A stretch of DNA of 63,340 nt, the filler included, from Octopus bimaculoides (taxonomy: Eukaryota): NCBI RefSeq assembly GCF_001194135.2. It is 4 parts of 4 records of this genome, joined end to end, with 100 filler letters (N's around TTAATTAATTAA, not from the genome) between each part and the next. Parts side by side here need not be neighbours in the genome. Positions count along the whole stretch, not along the records: positions 59,826 to 63,340 come from NC_068985.1; 3 more parts are not named here. One strand, written 5' to 3'. A program made the translations under genes and the position numbers. The notes below the pieces were generated by a model, which searched no databases, was not told the origin of the DNA, and saw only the letters and a list, made by a program, of their open reading frames with translations. This document shows, piece after piece, positions 62,329-63,340 of the stretch (the first letter of the stretch is position 1; each line of letters begins with the position of its first letter).

Positions 62329-63029
62329 CTAAGAGACAAAAACTTATCTAATTCATAGAGCGGGTTTAAAATATCCTCCGCATTTAGGTGTTTATTTCCA
62401 GCATAGCATAACCAAAAACTCATAAAGTACAGTGTAGTGAAATATCTGTATAAGAATACATGGACCTTAAATATATAATCACTATGCATTGGTAAATTAA
62501 CATTTACAGCAGGAAAATATTGGAAATTATTCTTCTTCGTATAAATACGTGAGGAGATACGCTCTACCTTATATACATGAATAGTACGACCAAACATAAC
62601 TATGAATGCATATGTGTGATTTTAACGGCTTAGTTATTTAATCATTTATTAGATCATTTCGATGTAAAAGCTACCAGCAAAATATATTTATCTCTCAATA
62701 CACTGTAGATTACAGCTATATCATAAACAAATTCTTATCTAATAATTGGTGAAGAAGAATCTACGTCAAGATTCTTGGTAGTTTGGAAAATCTGTTACCA
62801 TATTTAGATGATGACTATGTTCAATACCTTAATTATTCCTCTTATAAACAGTGATATCTATTGCAATATATATATCAATGAGTGGACATTCAAATGAATA
62901 CTACTACTACCACTATTACTACTATTACTACTACTACCACTATTACTACTATTACTACTACTACCACTATTACTATTACTATTACTACTACTATTATTAC
63001 TATTACTACGACTATTATTATTATTATTA

Positions 63030-63340
63030 TTGTTCAGTAGTTTTATTTTTATAACGTGCTTTCACTTCACTACCGAGCGCAGCTCTGTGCGCCTTGGGCA
63101 TGTGCTGTGGTTTGCTGTGGTGCTCTTATGTTTACTGTATTGAAAGTGTTTTGCGTAGAATGTGTGCAGTACCCAGTAGTGCAATTTTCTGTATGTTATA
63201 TATATTTGTAAGTCCTGGTGTTTTTGTTATGTATTTGTCTGAATATTTTTTTATTATAACTAAGGCAACTACTATGATAGGAATTGTTTCTGTTTTTAGA
63301 TTCCACATTCGAGTTATCTCTATTTCCAGGTCTTTGTATT
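63030..63340 (-). mobile_element. Dong/R4-clade LINE 3' end (continues past window)
   Basis: KYKDLEIEITRMWNLKTETIPIIVVALV...LRKTLSIQ* (stop at 63134-32); about 5 differences in about 290 nt from the 33780 copy; (AAT)n tail. Confidence 0.9.

Noticed and set aside
1-63340. CRISPR arrays, rRNA, bona fide tRNA genes, prokaryotic operons
   Set aside because: None seen; tRNA-like sequences are SINE heads without a complete cloverleaf or a Pol III terminator.

Overview
AT-rich eukaryotic genomic DNA with many N-gaps and dense microsatellites. Its repeat content (tRNA-derived SINE families, RTE and Dong/R4 LINEs, TTAA MITEs) points to an octopus genome; this is an inference from repeat recognition. 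Most listed ORFs are microsatellite or gap artefacts. Supported content: about 25 SINE copies of three families; two decayed RTE LINEs in tandem whose RT carries an inserted C4HC3 PHD finger; three Dong/R4 LINE fragments; a DD34D mariner; an internally deleted DD37D (maT) element; a SPIN/Charlie-like hAT with TIRs and TSD; two piggyBac-type MITEs; and an orphan IR/DR Tc1 end. Host-gene evidence is limited to two phase-compatible minus-strand exons ending in a stop (62256-62328 and 60725-60840), a candidate first coding exon at 9764-9798 in a CpG-rich promoter-like zone, and a few isolated splice-site-bounded candidates. The most interesting unannotated signals are two minimal type I hammerhead-ribozyme motifs with palindromic stem III (1973-2050, 46268-46346), a 75-bp-arm fold-back carrying the same hammerhead half-motif (46703-46891), and a pre-miRNA-like hairpin (8067-8146). 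All coordinates, counts and identities were worked out by eye; no database searches were run.
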